A stretch of DNA of 64,000 nt from Eutreptiella sp. 'Long Island Sound 2002' (GCA_964036045.1 OZ038379.1:4464001-4528000), one strand, 5' to 3'. Counted from the first letter of the stretch, positions 11,201 to 24,686 are shown. The notes: generated by a model not told the origin, from the letters alone. Numbers and translations are program-made.

Positions 11201-14200
11201 CACGGAGAAGCCCCTGTATCAAGAGCCTGGTGAATGGTGCTATGATGGCGTGTGCCAAGCACCAGGAGCAGGTCATTATGTTTTTCAGTTCTCTGCAGGT
11301 CTTCCTCCCAGTTTTTTTTTTTTGCGCGTGTTTTTCATAATAGCTCAGGCCCTGGAAATCCTCCATGGTTGCGGAAGTGTCAGGCACTGTTCAAGTGTCC
11401 TTGACTCCCAAAACCTTGCGGGTCTGCACTGTTGGCAATTCTGGCAGCAGGGTCTGCTGATGCCACACGAGGAAATTACGCAGTGTATGGTCTCTGGTGG
11501 GTGGTCTCTGTGCTATTTGCTTTGATGTTTTCCTTTTTTCTGGAAATTTCATATATTTTCTGTGGTTTTTGCGACGGGCATCCATTTCCCGACCTATTGT
11601 AGTATGAGACTCTTGTAGTCTCGGTGTGTGGTTGGTTGCCAGACCCTCGGTGACGCCAATTTTTCTTTGCACTCCGCCACTACTCACTCTGTGGGTACCA
11701 TTTGGCCCGCTGCATCTCCATCTCTTGGGTGTGAGCAGCTCTCAGATTTGCACTTGCGTACTTGCAGCTTTAAAGTCTGCAAGACGCCCTGGATTGGAAT
11801 ATCCTGCAGGACCTGACGGAGTGGTCCCTCTGTGGCGTTCCCCCTCCCTCCCCGGATGCACACACGTCGTCTGCTGATGTGTTACGGTGTCTCTTTTTTT
11901 TTCTGAGTCTCAGAACCAGGACAGCACCTAAGTGTTCCTGAACCCTCCACCCTGAGTCCAAAATCTTGGGGTTACGGTCATCTGTCACCGGTTGTTGAAT
12001 CTCTGTCCTGTTACGGGTATTATTTAGTGATGTTCCTGTAAAGTCTGCAATGCATATATGCCTTCGAGAGCTGCTGGCTTGCACCTAATGTACTGACGTA
12101 AGTAGATATCTATGGTGGACGTCTCTAACTCTCAGCTGAGAGGAGCATTTGCCTGTGCTGGTAAACGGTATCGTTCATCCTGCAGTCGCACTGCAACTGC
12201 TGGTGGTCAATTCTCTCATGTTTTGGGTATTATTTGTGTTGTGGCTTTCAAAGTCTGCAATGCACATGTGCCTTCGAGAGCTGCTGGCTTGCACCTAATG
12301 TACTGACGTCAGTACACATCTATGATGGATGTCTGTACCTCCCAGCTGAGAGGACCATCTGCCTGTGCTTGTGAAAGGTATTATTTATGCTGCGGTTGTA
12401 GCACAGAGGCTGATTGTCGATTTTCTCATGTTCTGGGTATTATTTGTGTTGTAGCTTTGAAGTGTGCAATGCACATACACCTTCGAGAGCTGCTGGCTTG
12501 CACCTAATGTACTGACGTAAGTAGATATCTATGGTGGACGTCTCTAGCTCTCAGCTGAGAGGAGCATCTGCCTGTGCTGGTCAATGATTACCTGTTCCGA
12601 TGATTGTTGTGTTGTGGAGTCTCCGCACCATAGCCCCAAGGCGAATTTCCTGTAGCACTGTGTTCTTCTGTCACACGGAGAAGCCCCTGTATCAAGAGCC
12701 TGGTGAATGGTGCTATGATGGCGTGTGCCAAGCACCAGGAGCAGGTCATTATGTTTTTCAGTTCTCTGCAGGTCTTCCTCCCAGTTTTTTTTTTTTGCGC
12801 GTGTTTTTCATAATAGCTCAGGCCCTGGAAATCCTCCATGGTTGCGGAAGTGTCTGGCACTGTTCAAGTGTCCTTGACTCCCAAAACCTTGCGGGTCTGT
12901 ACTGTTGGCAATTCTGGCAGCAGGGTCTGCTGATGCCACACGAGGAAATTACGCAGTGTATGGTCTCTGGTGGGTGGTCTCTGTGCTATTTGCTTTGATG
13001 TTTTCCTTTTTTCTGGAAATTTCATATATTTTCTGTGGTTTTTGCGACGGGCATCCATTTCCCGACCTATTGTAGTATGAGACTCTTGTAGTCTCGGTGT
13101 GTGGTTGGTTGCCAGACCCTCGGTGACGCCAATTTTTCTTTGCACTCCGCCACTACTCACTCTGTGGGTACCATTTGGCCCGCTGCATCTCCATCTCTTG
13201 GGTGTGAGCAGCTCTCAGATTTGCACTTGCGTACTTGCAGCTTTAAAGTCTGCAAGACGCCCTGGATTGGAATATCCTGCAGGACCTGACGGAGTGGTCC
13301 CTCTGTGGCGTTCCCCCTCCCTCCCCGGATGCACACACGTCGTCTGCTGATGTGTTACGGTGTCTCTTTTTTTTTCTGAGTCTCAGAACCAGGACAGCAC
13401 CTAAGTGTTCCTGAACCCTCCACCCTGAGTCCAAAATCTTGGGGTTACGGTCATCTGTCACCGGTTGTTGAATCTCTGTCCTGTTACGGGTATTATTTAG
13501 TGATGTTCCTGTAAAGTCTGCAATGCATATATGCCTTCGAGAGCTGCTGGCTTGCACCTAATGTACTGACGTAAGTAGATATCTATGGTGGACGTCTCTA
13601 ACTCTCAGCTGAGAGGAGCATTTGCCTGTGCTGGTAAACGGTATCGTTCATCCTGCAGTCGCACTGCAACTGCTGGTGGTCAATTCTCTCATGTTTTGGG
13701 TATTATTTGTGTTGTGGCTTTCAAAGTCTGCAATGCACATGTGCCTTCGAGAGCTGCTGGCTTGCACCTAATGTACTGACGTCAGTACACATCTATGATG
13801 GATGTCTGTACCTCCCAGCTGAGAGGACCATCTGCCTGTGCTTGTGAAAGGTATCATTTATGCTGCGGTTGTAGCACAGAGGCTGATTGTCGATTTTCTC
13901 ATGTTCTGGGTATTATTTGTGTTGTAGCTTTGAAGTGTGCAATGCACATACACCTTCGAGAGCTGCTGGCTTGCACCTAATGTACTGACGTAAGTAGATA
14001 TCTATGGTGGACGTCTCTAGCACTCAGCTGAGAGGAGCATCTGCCTGTGCTGGTCAATGATTACCTGTTCCGATGATTGTTGTGTTGTGGAGTCTCCGCA
14101 CCATAGCCCCAAGGCGAATTTCCTGTAGCACTGTGTTCTTCTGTCACACGGAGAAGCCCCTGTATCAAGAGCCTGGTGAATGGTGCTATGATGGCGTGTG

Positions 14201-15700
14201 CCAAGCACCAGGAGCAGGTCATTATGTTTTTCAGTTCTCTGCAGGTCTTCCTCCCAGTTTTTTTTTTGCGCGTGTTTTTCATAATAGCTCAGGCCCTGGA
14301 AATCCTCCATGGTTGCGGAAGTGTCAGGCACTGTTCAAGTGTCCTTGACTCCCAAAACCTTGCGGGTCTGTACTGTTGGCAATTCTGGCAGCAGGGTCTG
14401 CTGATGCCACACGAGGAAATTACGCAGTGTATGGTCTCTGGTGGGTGGTCTCTGTGCTATTTGCTTTGATGTTTTCCTTTTTTCTGGAAATTTCATATAT
14501 TTTCTGTGGTTTTTGCGACGGGCATCCATTTCCCGACCTATTGTAGTATGAGACTCTTGTAGTCTCGGTGTGTGGTTGGTTGCCAGACCCTCGGTGACGC
14601 CAATTTTTCTTTGCACTCCGCCACTACTCACTCTGTGGGTACCATTTGGCCCGCTGCATCTCCATCTCTTGGGTGTGAGCAGCTCTCAGATTTGCACTTG
14701 CGTACTTGCAGCTTTAAAGTCTGCAAGACGCCCTGGATTGGAATATCCTGCAGGACCTGACGGAGTGGTCCCTCTGTGGCGTTCCCCCTCCCTCCCCGGA
14801 TGCACACACGTCGTCTGCTGATGTGTTACGGTGTCTCTTTTTTTTTCTGAGTCTCAGAACCAGGACAGCACCTAAGTGTTCCTGAACCCTCCACCCTGAG
14901 TCCAAAATCTTGGGGTTACGGTCATCTGTCACCGGTTGTTGAATCTCTGTCCTGTTACGGGTATTATTTAGTGATGTTCCTGTAAAGTCTGCAATGCATA
15001 TATGCCTTCGAGAGCTGCTGGCTTGCACCTAATGTACTGACGTAAGTAGATATCTATGATGGACGTCTCTAACTCTCAGCTGAGAGGAGCATTTGCCTGT
15101 GCTGGTAAATGGTATCGTTCATCCTGCAGTCGCACTGCAACTGCTGGTGGTCAATTCTCTCATGTTTTGGGTATTATTTGTGTTGTGGCTTTCAAAGTCT
15201 GCAATGCACATGTGCCTTCGAGAGCTGCTGGCTTGCACCTAATGTACTGACGTCAGTACACATCTATGATGGATGTCTGTACCTCCCAGCTGAGAGGACC
15301 ATCTGCCTGTGCTTGTGAAAGGTATTATTTATGCTGCGGTTGTAGCACAGAGGCTGATTGTCAATTTTCTCATGTTCTGGGTATTATTTGTGTTGTAGCT
15401 TTGAAGTGTGCAATGCACATACACCTTCGAGAGCTGCTGGCTTGCACCTAATGTACTGACGTAAGTAGATATCTATGGTGGACGTCTCTAGCTCTCAGCT
15501 GAGAGGAGCATTTGCCTGTGCTGGTAAATGGTATCGTTCATCCTGCAGTCGCACTGCAACTGCTGGTGGTCAATTCTCTCATGTTTTGGGTATTATTTGT
15601 GTTGTGGCTTTCAAAGTCTGCAATGCACATGTGCCTTCGAGAGCTGCTGGCTTGCACCTAATGTACTGACGTCAGTACACATCTATGATGGATGTCTGTA
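8241..15700 (+). repeat. Tandem array A: about 5 units of 1471-1475 bp, each with three ~210-bp internal sub-repeats
   Basis: Equivalent ORF ends recur at 8443, 9918, 11391, 12864 and 14335. The core gagagctgctggcttgcacctaatgtactgacgt recurs every 210 bp, three times per unit. Confidence 0.97.
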
Positions 15701-17091
15701 CCACCCTCCCCCCATGCCAATGGCCCTCCCCTCTCGAAAGAAGAAACATGGCCCCCCTTGCTAATGGCCCTCCCCTCTTAAAAGAAGAAGCATGCCCCCT
15801 CCCCTGAGTTTTTTTCACCAAATTGCACACAAATTGCCCTTTTTTGCCTAGTTTCTTGAGTGTGCAATGGCATGTGATGGGCACCATCCTTGGTGTCATG
15901 TGTTTGTTTTTTTCAATGTAGATGTAGTTTTCTCAATGTTCCAAGTCCCGTGTGGAGTAGCCTGAGATTGTCTGGTCTTGCCTCGATTGCAACTCGGCCA
16001 TGTTGGCAAGAGCCTATGTGCACAATTGCATGTTTCAGGGGAAGCAGGGTCTCGAGTTTGAGGAAGGGACTACATGATGGCAGCTGGAGCAAATGTCTCA
16101 CTCCTACCCCCCAGCCCCGCTTTCTTTTGTTGCCTTTCACACCCATGCCTGACGGTGTGATGCATCAACTGCACCCCTTTCGAACTAATGGCTGAAAGTG
16201 TCTATGGCAGGGATATTCAGTCTATCAGAGCGGACCATTGATCCCCCGGTAAGTACATGTGTAGACAGGCAAGCAGTGTGTTCTGGTTGCTGAGTGGGGA
16301 CCTCTTTTCAGACGCAGAGTGGTCCAGCCATGTTGTTACTGCTCATTTCTTCTGCAGTGCATTGTACCACCCAGCTGCCCCTGCTTTGCTGCCCTGTTTG
16401 ACAGCCATAGTGATCAACTCCTGGGAGCTTTGCAACGCAGCGTGATCCAGCCAGGCTCACAGTGCTGAAATTTTTTCAAGCAGGCCTGGGGCCACAGATT
16501 TCAGCATGTTTTGCTCAGGTCAAAGTGCCGTGATTCATTCCGTTGGTCAGGTCAGCCTATTGCAGTTGCATGGGATTCATGTCTATTTGAAAACATCAGT
16601 GTTGCGCACATGAAGTATATGGTGCTGAAACTTTTTGAAGCAGGCCTGGGATCATCAGTTTCAACCATCATTTTTTCTGGAGTTGCAGTTGCGCGTTTTC
16701 TTCGTGTTTGCTATTGTGTGCTTGTATGTGTGAAGAAGGAAAGGCATGGGAAACAAATGTTGAGCACCACAACAAAAATGGCACAACAAAAAAAAAGCAT
16801 AAAAATATTGCAAAAGGTGGCCAGCATGAGCTCCACAGCCACCTCAAAGATGCAAGAGGTACCAAGCATTGGTCCCCACCACGTTTACACCGATGGAGCA
16901 AGCTAGAAAATGTGTACACAAATACTTTTTTTGGAGTTTTGATGAGAATTCGCGTCCATGGCCCCCCGTGCGCGTGTCAATGGACCCCCCCCCCCTTTGA
17001 AAGAAGAAACATGGCCCCCTTTGCAAATGCCCCCCCCCTCTCGAAAGAAGAAACACGGCCTGGGCCATTGACATTGGGGGGGGGGGGGTGG
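15701..17091. mobile_element. Non-autonomous TIR DNA transposon (1391 bp) inserted in the last array sub-repeat
   Basis: Splits the core ...gatgtctgTA|cctcccagctgagagg, whose remainder is at 17092-17119. Ends are ccaccc(t)cccccatgccaatggccc and gggccattgacattggggg...gtgg. The duplicated target is TA or GTAC. Subterminal gaaagaagaaaca repeats at both ends. Confidence 0.85.
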
Positions 17092-18319
17092 TACCTCCCA
17101 GCTGAGAGGACCATCTGCCTCCACAGGATGGCTCCAATTCACAGATCAGATGCAGTATGCACTTCGGCAGCACTAGTAGAAAAGAGGAATGCATGATCTG
17201 CGAATGAAAGAACTAGAAATGTCATGTGCATACTGATATACATTGATTGCGATTAGCTGCGAATTTAACTAACTGATCCTTCACAATGTCACATGTCACA
17301 CGAAGAGGTAAGTTTAGCCATCCACATCTCTTTTATTCGAAATGAAAATCAGCTGCTGCCCCAAACAGTTTGAAATGCGCAACGGTGAGGCAGTAATGGC
17401 CAACCAAAATCACCCGGACACTTTCACACATTTGTACTCCCTGCAGACGCGTGCCATTCCACAATGGAGCATGTGGGACATTGGAGGACCCACCCCTTCT
17501 CGGAGGGCTTACCAGGCCCAAAATCTCTATTGCGGAGGGATTTTCCCCCTCACTGCTACAGTACATGGCTCACCATTTGGCTAATATGCACCCCCATCGT
17601 CGCCAAAATGGTGACCCAAGCCTAACCCAAAGTGCGTGGGGGTGGTTAGGGATCGCTAGACAAAACAATTTTTTTTAGTGAACCCATGCCAACCTAAAAA
17701 AACGGCTAACACCTTGCCAGTGGGGGCCATGCTACTTTTGTTTTTTTTTTTTGCGGGGGCGGGGGCGGCCACTATACGTTGACCTCGGGAGAGCATTTGA
17801 CACGGCACACGTGCGGCGCGGCTATTTGGCAACATGTATCAAAAAGGTGTTGTGTTTTTGTTCGGATTTGTCTTCTCGCACAGGGCACCTCTACAAATGT
17901 ACTTTTTTGGGACCACAACGGGCCAAGGGCCATTTCAAAGGTTATGAAAAGGGGGGGCCAATTGCATTGTGCTCTTGCTTGTGCTAAGCTTTTTGGGAAG
18001 GGGCGGTTTTATACGATTGTTGTGGCTCAAGTCTTTGTTCTCTGAGGGCCACTGAGGGAGGGGGATCAGGGATTAGGATGTTCCGGGAGTACACCGGGCA
18101 GACCAACTGGATGTGGGGCCCCAAAAATCCCCACTCTACATAAGCCTAGTGGGCAGGGTGGAGGAGGCGAAGAGGAGGTGATAGGTGCACGAGACATCTT
18201 ACACGGAGAACCGGAAGTGATGGATGAGGATGAAGAACCGCCCACACGCAACACCGCCTCTACAACACACATACACATGCACTCGCACACACCTGTACAC
18301 GTGACACCATATGCAAGGT

Positions 18320-21016
18320 CAAGATTTCCCCCGCGTTCACAACGATGGGGGAGATGTCGTGGGCGGTGCGGCTCAGGAACAGGGGGTGGTGTGTGCACAC
18401 GGGGGGGCCTGGCTCCACCTCGGGGGGGCTGAAGACGTCATCCACCATATCCCGGGTGGCCAGCCCCACCCGAGCCTCCAATCCAACCCCCAGCAGCAAC
18501 AGTTGCCCAAAAGGGGGCACGTCCTCCCCGCCCTCCCCGTCCAGCAGGCCGAGGCAGTCCTTGAGCTCCAGGGGGAGGGGGGGCTCCAGGTGTGTCGTGC
18601 TCGGCTTGACCCCCGCATGCTTCCGGTCGGGGGTCCACGCCAACACTGCAGCCTGCGATTGACCGTTTGCGCCGTGAGAAAAGAGAGAGAGAGGCCAAGA
18701 AACAAGCAAAACATGCGCAGCAGGTCCTAGAATAGCGGCAACGCACACTGGATGCTTTTTGTGTTGCTGCGCCCCCTCGGGCCGATGTAGCTTCGTCCAG
18801 CTCCAATCTCCCTCAACCCTCTCACTCCTCGCAACCCCATGTGGCTACACAATCTCAACCCCAATCTGATTCTAACCGCAAGGGAAAGGAGAGAGCCCCT
18901 TCCTCACAACCGAAACCACGCATGTGGCACTGGGGCATCGTAAGGAACATGTGTGTGTTATGTTAAGCGAAGGTAGTTTGCAACTTTCTTCAGCTAGGGC
19001 AGTTTGGGTCACCTAATTCTAAGGGCGTTTCCAAGGGGTGTGCTTGGGGGCTCTTCGGGGGGAACATAGTCTAAAAGTAGCGCGCAGTGCGCGCGCAGTG
19101 CAAAGATTCCCCCAACGTATCACATGTCGCCCATGTTTCCAAGAACTGTCTTGAGTGCTTTGAAGAACTTGTGGTGTCAGCCTCGCGGGATCGGGCAACC
19201 AGCAGTGCCATTGCTCCTGAGAATGACAAATGGAATAGTGTAACTATTCATTCGAAATTTGCGCGAATTTCGCGCGAAATTCGCGAATCTCCATGACTGA
19301 CCGAATCCGAAGCATTTGCGAATGCGCAGCGCAATGTCGCGAACGCGAAGTTCGCGCGAATACGGGCCAGAAGACAATGCATACCTCACATTCACACAGG
19401 CAAGTCACTGTCCACGTCCCTTTCTTGGACTCCAGGGGGAGGGGGGGCTCCAGGTGTGTCGTGCTCGGCTTGACCCCCGCATGCTTCCGGTCGGGGGTCC
19501 ACTGCGTGAACAGTGCCCCCTGGAGCTCTTGCCCGGGGGGGGAGGGGAGCCCGTGGTGCCGGGCGGTGCTGACGAGGACGAGGACCTCCCCCTGTTGGAG
19601 GAGGACCTCATCCCACCGCTCCTCCTCGGCCTCCCCCAGCGCCGTTCCCGCCTGGACATTGATGCGGTACTGGGGGGAGAGGGCCACAAAAGTCGAGATG
19701 TGGCAGCCCGAGGGGGCGCGGTCACGGGCGGGCAGCATGTCCGGGGCGGTCGAAACATCCGTGTGCGGGAGCTGGTCCCCCGACCCTGACCCCGACATGA
19801 TGACCGAACAAGGCATGTCAAACAAGCCTTCAAAGGGGTCGGGGACACGCTCGTTGATGCTGCCTATGAATTTTTTAATAAGGGTTGCAGCCAAGCCCTA
19901 TGTTTTGCCAGGCTTGGACTGGTAGCGCTGCGGGAGGTGGGGGTCCCTCCTCTGCTCCTCCACCGGTTTCACGTTGAACACCGGGTCAAAATTTTGAGGA
20001 ACTGCGTCCCCCCCCCCCCCCCCCCAAAGCAGCAACCACCTGGTGTGGCACAGAACTGGTCCGCGCTGCAGTGCAGCAAGAAAAACACTGAACAATGTGG
20101 TTATGACCATGCGCCTGTGACACGGGGGCATATGCGACCCCAGTTTCCGTTGCCTCATGGCCCAAATTTTCTCCACCCTCCCCCAGGTGGTCTTGCAGTC
20201 CTCCGCGAGAAGAATATTGCGGTGCACTGTGTAGCCGAGGCTGTCCACGAAGTTACGAGCCATCGGGGGGTTGGGCGGTCAGCCATCACAGAGGGGTTGG
20301 CGGTGGCATACGAGGGGGGGTCCTGCAAGGGTGCCCTGCGCAACGGGGGCTCGGCCGTAATGAAGGGGGGGGGGGTCCGCGATTCCCCGATACCAACTCA
20401 GCCCCTTCATCCTATGGAGAGTGGGCAGAGTGATATCGGGGATGTGGTGGAGAGGGGGCACGGTCGGGTGGCTGGGCAAGATGCCCAGATCGTCCCACCA
20501 CTGGGGCTGCACTGCCGGCCATTGAAAAGGAAGGTTAGAGTGGTCAGCCTGCGGCTCACCGGCTGAAAAGTAGCTATTGATGGCAATCATGTCCATCTGC
20601 TTGGGGCAGTGAACGAGGTCAGTGGTGGGGTAGATGGCACAGAGGCCGGGCTTGGGTTTGCCCACGGTGTGCGTGGCCATGATTCCCAAAAGGCTGTCCA
20701 CGGTTGAAGGGGCCGGAATCAGCTGGACGGTCCGCAACTCCGGGAGGGCCACTTGCAAATCCAAAAAAAAGGTGAGTGGCCCAACCTTTTTTCCCGAACC
20801 ATCCCGCCCTTTCGGCTGTTCGCATGTCAACATGAATCACCGGGGGGGGGGAGTGGCCAACCCCTTCGCCCACCCCACCACCTCCTCCATGCGCTGCCAG
20901 GCCCCCCGTGTACGTGGCCTCCTCCAATGTGCCGGGGCGAAGGGGGATGCCCTAGTAGTGGCCCAGGGTGCCATCGGACGGGTCGGGGATGGACCCGGCA
21001 ATCTGGGAAAGGGGAA
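18320..21016 (-). pseudogene. Disrupted gene with a 2OG-Fe(II) dioxygenase (PhyH-like DSBH) domain
   Basis: Minus strand reads NFVDSLGYTVHRNIL...FDPVFN...QRYQ...GDQLPHTD (HxD 19757-19765)...ISTFVAL...GEVLVLVSTARHHG (His ~19553-19558). It has stops and frameshifts and two insertions (20030-20163 and 18639-19429). Confidence 0.6.
20030..20163 (+). mobile_element. Short interspersed repeat (SINE-like); other copies at 50115-50249 and 55092-55226, 3' fragments near 36830 and 49945
   Basis: cagcaaccacctggtgtgg...gcgcctgtgacacggggc...gttgcctcatggccc found inserted in unrelated host sequences. Confidence 0.75.
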
Positions 21017-21802
21017 GTGACTGTTGAGTGGACATTTTCACAAAGAAAGCGAAGGTGAGGTCTGAAACAAACGGAGGACAACATGGGCAACATACATGCA
21101 CAAATCAAAGGATATTCGTGCGAAGTTCGCGCGAATGTGGATATGCATTTCTCCGCGAATACGATTGCGCACGAGGTTGCGAATTCGAACGCGAATTAAT
21201 TTTTTTTTTGTGAATTTAAGCTACATTATGACCGATTCAAACTACAATTCACGTCGGTTAAATTTTCACGATTTTTAGGTGAAGTAAGCACCGCAAACGG
21301 GCACAAAGACAAGGTACCACGGGCAAAACGGGCAAAAAAGCAACAAAGTGAGCGTACTCATTCAAAACTTCCGTTCACAGTGGGTACATTCCTTGTGCCA
21401 CCACTGACACAACCACGGATGCGAGTCGCGGCGAAGTGTTTCCGTGTATAACGTGCGAGGAACAGGTGCGAGGGTGTCGGTTGCACACGAAGTCATCGCG
21501 CACCATGCGCCGCGTTACCTTGGGCATCTTTTCCCTTTTTTTATTTGTTTTGACTGTGCATGATTAAGCACGCCGGCCGCCGTCGCCCCTGTTCCCTTTT
21601 TATGCAATCGAAATACTCGGTGTCCTTTGCTTATTATGCTGCTTTTGTCCCTTGGTTGGCTCGTTCCCCATTTTTCCTTTTCCCTTGTTTTTTTTATTTG
21701 GGAACCTTTCCATTTATTTCTTTTCCTTCTTGGACAGGCGGGTAGCAAGGAGGGGGTTCTTCTACGCGTATGCCTTTTTCAGTTGTAACACCATTATGTT
21801 TC

Positions 21803-22438
21803 TCATTGTTTGCATATTGTCCTCGCATTCAAACTCGAGGTGGACACGCAGTCCGATAACTGCGCTGCTGCCACCGTTTCCGACAGTACCCCCTGCCACT
21901 GCTCCCGCATATCCTCGCTTTCGAACACATCCAGGTCGTCCACCTTGCATGTTGTGGTTACCTTTACCTGGGTTTCCTCGTCCGAGTTGAACCGCAGACT
22001 GTCCACGAAGGCTGTCACCATTTTTTTGTACACGTCTCTGCGGGACATCCCATTCGCAACCAGGTTATTCCCATTGATCAACCACCCGTTGTGTGTAAGG
22101 ACGACCGGCATGATGTTCTGAGGGGTGAGTGTCAGTGTCAGTCTGGGTGTGGTAAGCAAGGGTCTGCCGGCAGCGTGCATCACTAAAAAGGGTAGATCTA
22201 CAACCGGCGGCTGGTGGGGTTCAACGCTATACTGGTACCACGTACGCAACGCTTCCGCGTATCGCAACAGCCACTCGTGCAGACACGTAACCAAGCGCGG
22301 CAGGACGACGTTCCTGCACAAACTCTCGCATGTAGGGGGGATCCTCTTGGAGGTGCAGATACCCGGGGTGCCTTTGTCCGCCAGCCAACGGGGATGGTCC
22401 CGGGACGCAATACGCATCAACTCAGCGCCCCAGTGCAA
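21803..22438 (-). CDS. Hypothetical 211-aa ORF (copy B)
   Basis: Paralogue of 1611-2246. Confidence 0.35.
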   Translation of the reverse strand: MHWGAELMRIASRDHPRWLADKGTPGICTSKRIPPTCESLCRNVVLPRLVTCLHEWLLRYAEALRTWYQYSVEPHQPPVVDLPFLVMHAAGRPLLTTPRLTLTLTPQNIMPVVLTHNGWLINGNNLVANGMSRRDVYKKMVTAFVDSLRFNSDEETQVKVTTTCKVDDLDVFESEDMREQWQGVLSETVAAAQLSDCVSTSSLNARTICKQ

Positions 22439-24686
22439 ACATTGCAGGTGATAATGGTTGAAGGATGAAAGGTATGCATGTGTCTACCCAAACATATATG
22501 CCCTCTCCCTCACTTCTCGGGTTTTGACATGTACAACAGCAAAGGTCTGTAGGTCTAAACAAGCAGTCAACATTCAGATTAGTCGTATCGATTCTTTTGG
22601 CCGGATCCGGCCAATGTCTCATTCTCTTGTTCGGTACATGACCACAGAAAGAAAGTTGTGTTTTCTGACGTCGGTTTATTCACGGGTGTGATTCAGGGCT
22701 ATTCTAGTCACGTCGCTCCACCATATACCTCCAGTCGCATCTTGAAAAATATATCCGTATGATGTGCTATTCAGATATCTCGCAGTATTGGACTTGTAAC
22801 ATCACTCGGAACAAAACACCCCAGTCAAATCACGACACATATGTTTGGCCGGATCCGGCAAAAGCGTTCTATGTTCGTTTTTGAGATTTCCCCCCCAAGG
22901 GTCTCATACATGGTCATTTCTGAAAAACACTGATCCTCCAAATTATTGGGAAAACCTCCAGTATTCAATGAAGAGCTCATTTACGTCAAATATTTTCTAA
23001 AAAATTTTCCGGCGAAAAATCCGGCGAAACGCAAAACGGACCGTCGAACACTGATATGGCACCTTTTGTGGCTAGCTGTACGCATTGACGTCCCCAAGAC
23101 ATTGGGGTATGTACCTTTAGAGATGAACCCTGCAGACCCCATATCCAGATGGCCTAATTTTGTGGGAGCCAAAGATATAATTGTGCAAGCACGTGCCAGA
23201 CTGGCCTTGTATGAGGCCCTTGCGCGTCGTGATTCCTGGGCACGGTGGGTGGTAGGGATAAAGCTATGTCTTACCCGTCATGATTTTCTTTTCCATGCAG
23301 TGTGTTTACATGAATCATTGTTCTGTGTCTTCGAGGGGCTTACGGGTCGGACGGGGCACAGCCAGACGGCAAGCTAAGCAAAACTAAAGGTTAGCAAGAA
23401 ACTTTAGTTTTGCCTCGGCGGGGGAGGGGTGGGGGTGGGGGGTACACACAGTACAGACAAACCACGTCTCCCTGTGTTCTGATAGTTTGATGATTTCTAT
23501 TGCTGCTGCCCAGGGGGACGGCAGATCTACGGGAAGGCACGCCATGAGGGTTACGCATATCTCCCCCCTTTTTTCGGTAGTTGGGTTTTTACGCCATTTG
23601 AAGCATGATGTTTTTGCCACATGGTTGTACATGGTGACTCCAATTCCTACCAAGCCGAACTTCCTACCAAGATAGCCAGACTGCAACCAAGATGACCTAA
23701 ATTCCTACCAAAATGGCCCCATGATGGAGAGATAAGAATTTGCATGGGCATGACCTTAAAATGAGGAGACACTCCTGTTTGCACCCTTGCGGTCACCAAC
23801 AATGACCCACACAACCAAAAACATTTCCACCACAAAGAAGTAAATAACCCCCCCCTTTTTTTAATTTTCAGAGTTCTGTGCCAAACCTCATGGTGTCACA
23901 CTTCGCGGGTTTGCCCCCCCCCACCCCCGCTGCTGCCGCCTTCGGTGTGACATATGCCCGCACTACTTCGCGCCACTCAAAAGACCATTTGGTCTGGCGC
24001 AGCCATATGTGTATGGCTACATACTGTCCGTCAGGAACTCAAGACCCATACAGTGTGCTTACATGAATCATTGTTCTGTGTCTTCGAGGGGCTTACGAGT
24101 CGGACGGACCGCACCCAGACGGCAAGCTAAGCAAAACTGCAATCTTTCAGAGTCGGTACCAGTAACTATCGGCCCGCCTGGAACTTTAATGTTCACTTTT
24201 ACGGCCCAGTTATAATGCGCACCATCCGCCGCAAAGGACTGCACAGACACAGCCACCAGCACAGCACTGTGCAGTCCATACTCCAACGGCAACGTCTCTG
24301 CAATATGCACTACTAATTATCCCGTCATCTAGATACCTGTCGAAGAATCTTCGGGTTGCAAAGTAGATCGCATGCAATTTCTGAAACAGAATGTCTTTGT
24401 CTTTGTCTTTGTTTTTGTTTGTGACACGATCACAGGACCAACATATGATGCACCCTTAGTTGCTACCCTATTTGCTGAAATTCTTGGCGGCAACTAGCGC
24501 ATAGATGCTGAACACACCTCACTATGTGTACCACCTTGTCTCATGGGACAAGAGAGTGATCTGGAACGGTGAGTAGGCCTCGCCAGCTCACCTTGCGCTC
24601 AATTCAAAAGGTCTTAGATTGAGCATCTGTGTTGGAGGATGCATGCTTTCTGAGTGTGTGCTTTTTTTTTTGCATCCTCTCAGCCA

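Larger units (their letters stand above)
1214..18318 (+). repeat. Segmental duplication copy A (~17.1 kb)
   Basis: Starts attccttgtgccaccactgac (1214 vs 21388) and ends ccatatgcaagg (18318 vs 36713). All internal ORFs and repeats are colinear with copy B, with sparse SNPs and indels. Confidence 0.95.

Noticed and set aside
8143-15669. Recurrent 60-140-aa ORFs in the 1.47-kb unit as a tandem gene family
   Set aside because: Frames change between units with T/A homopolymer length and single SNPs; no domain or codon bias.
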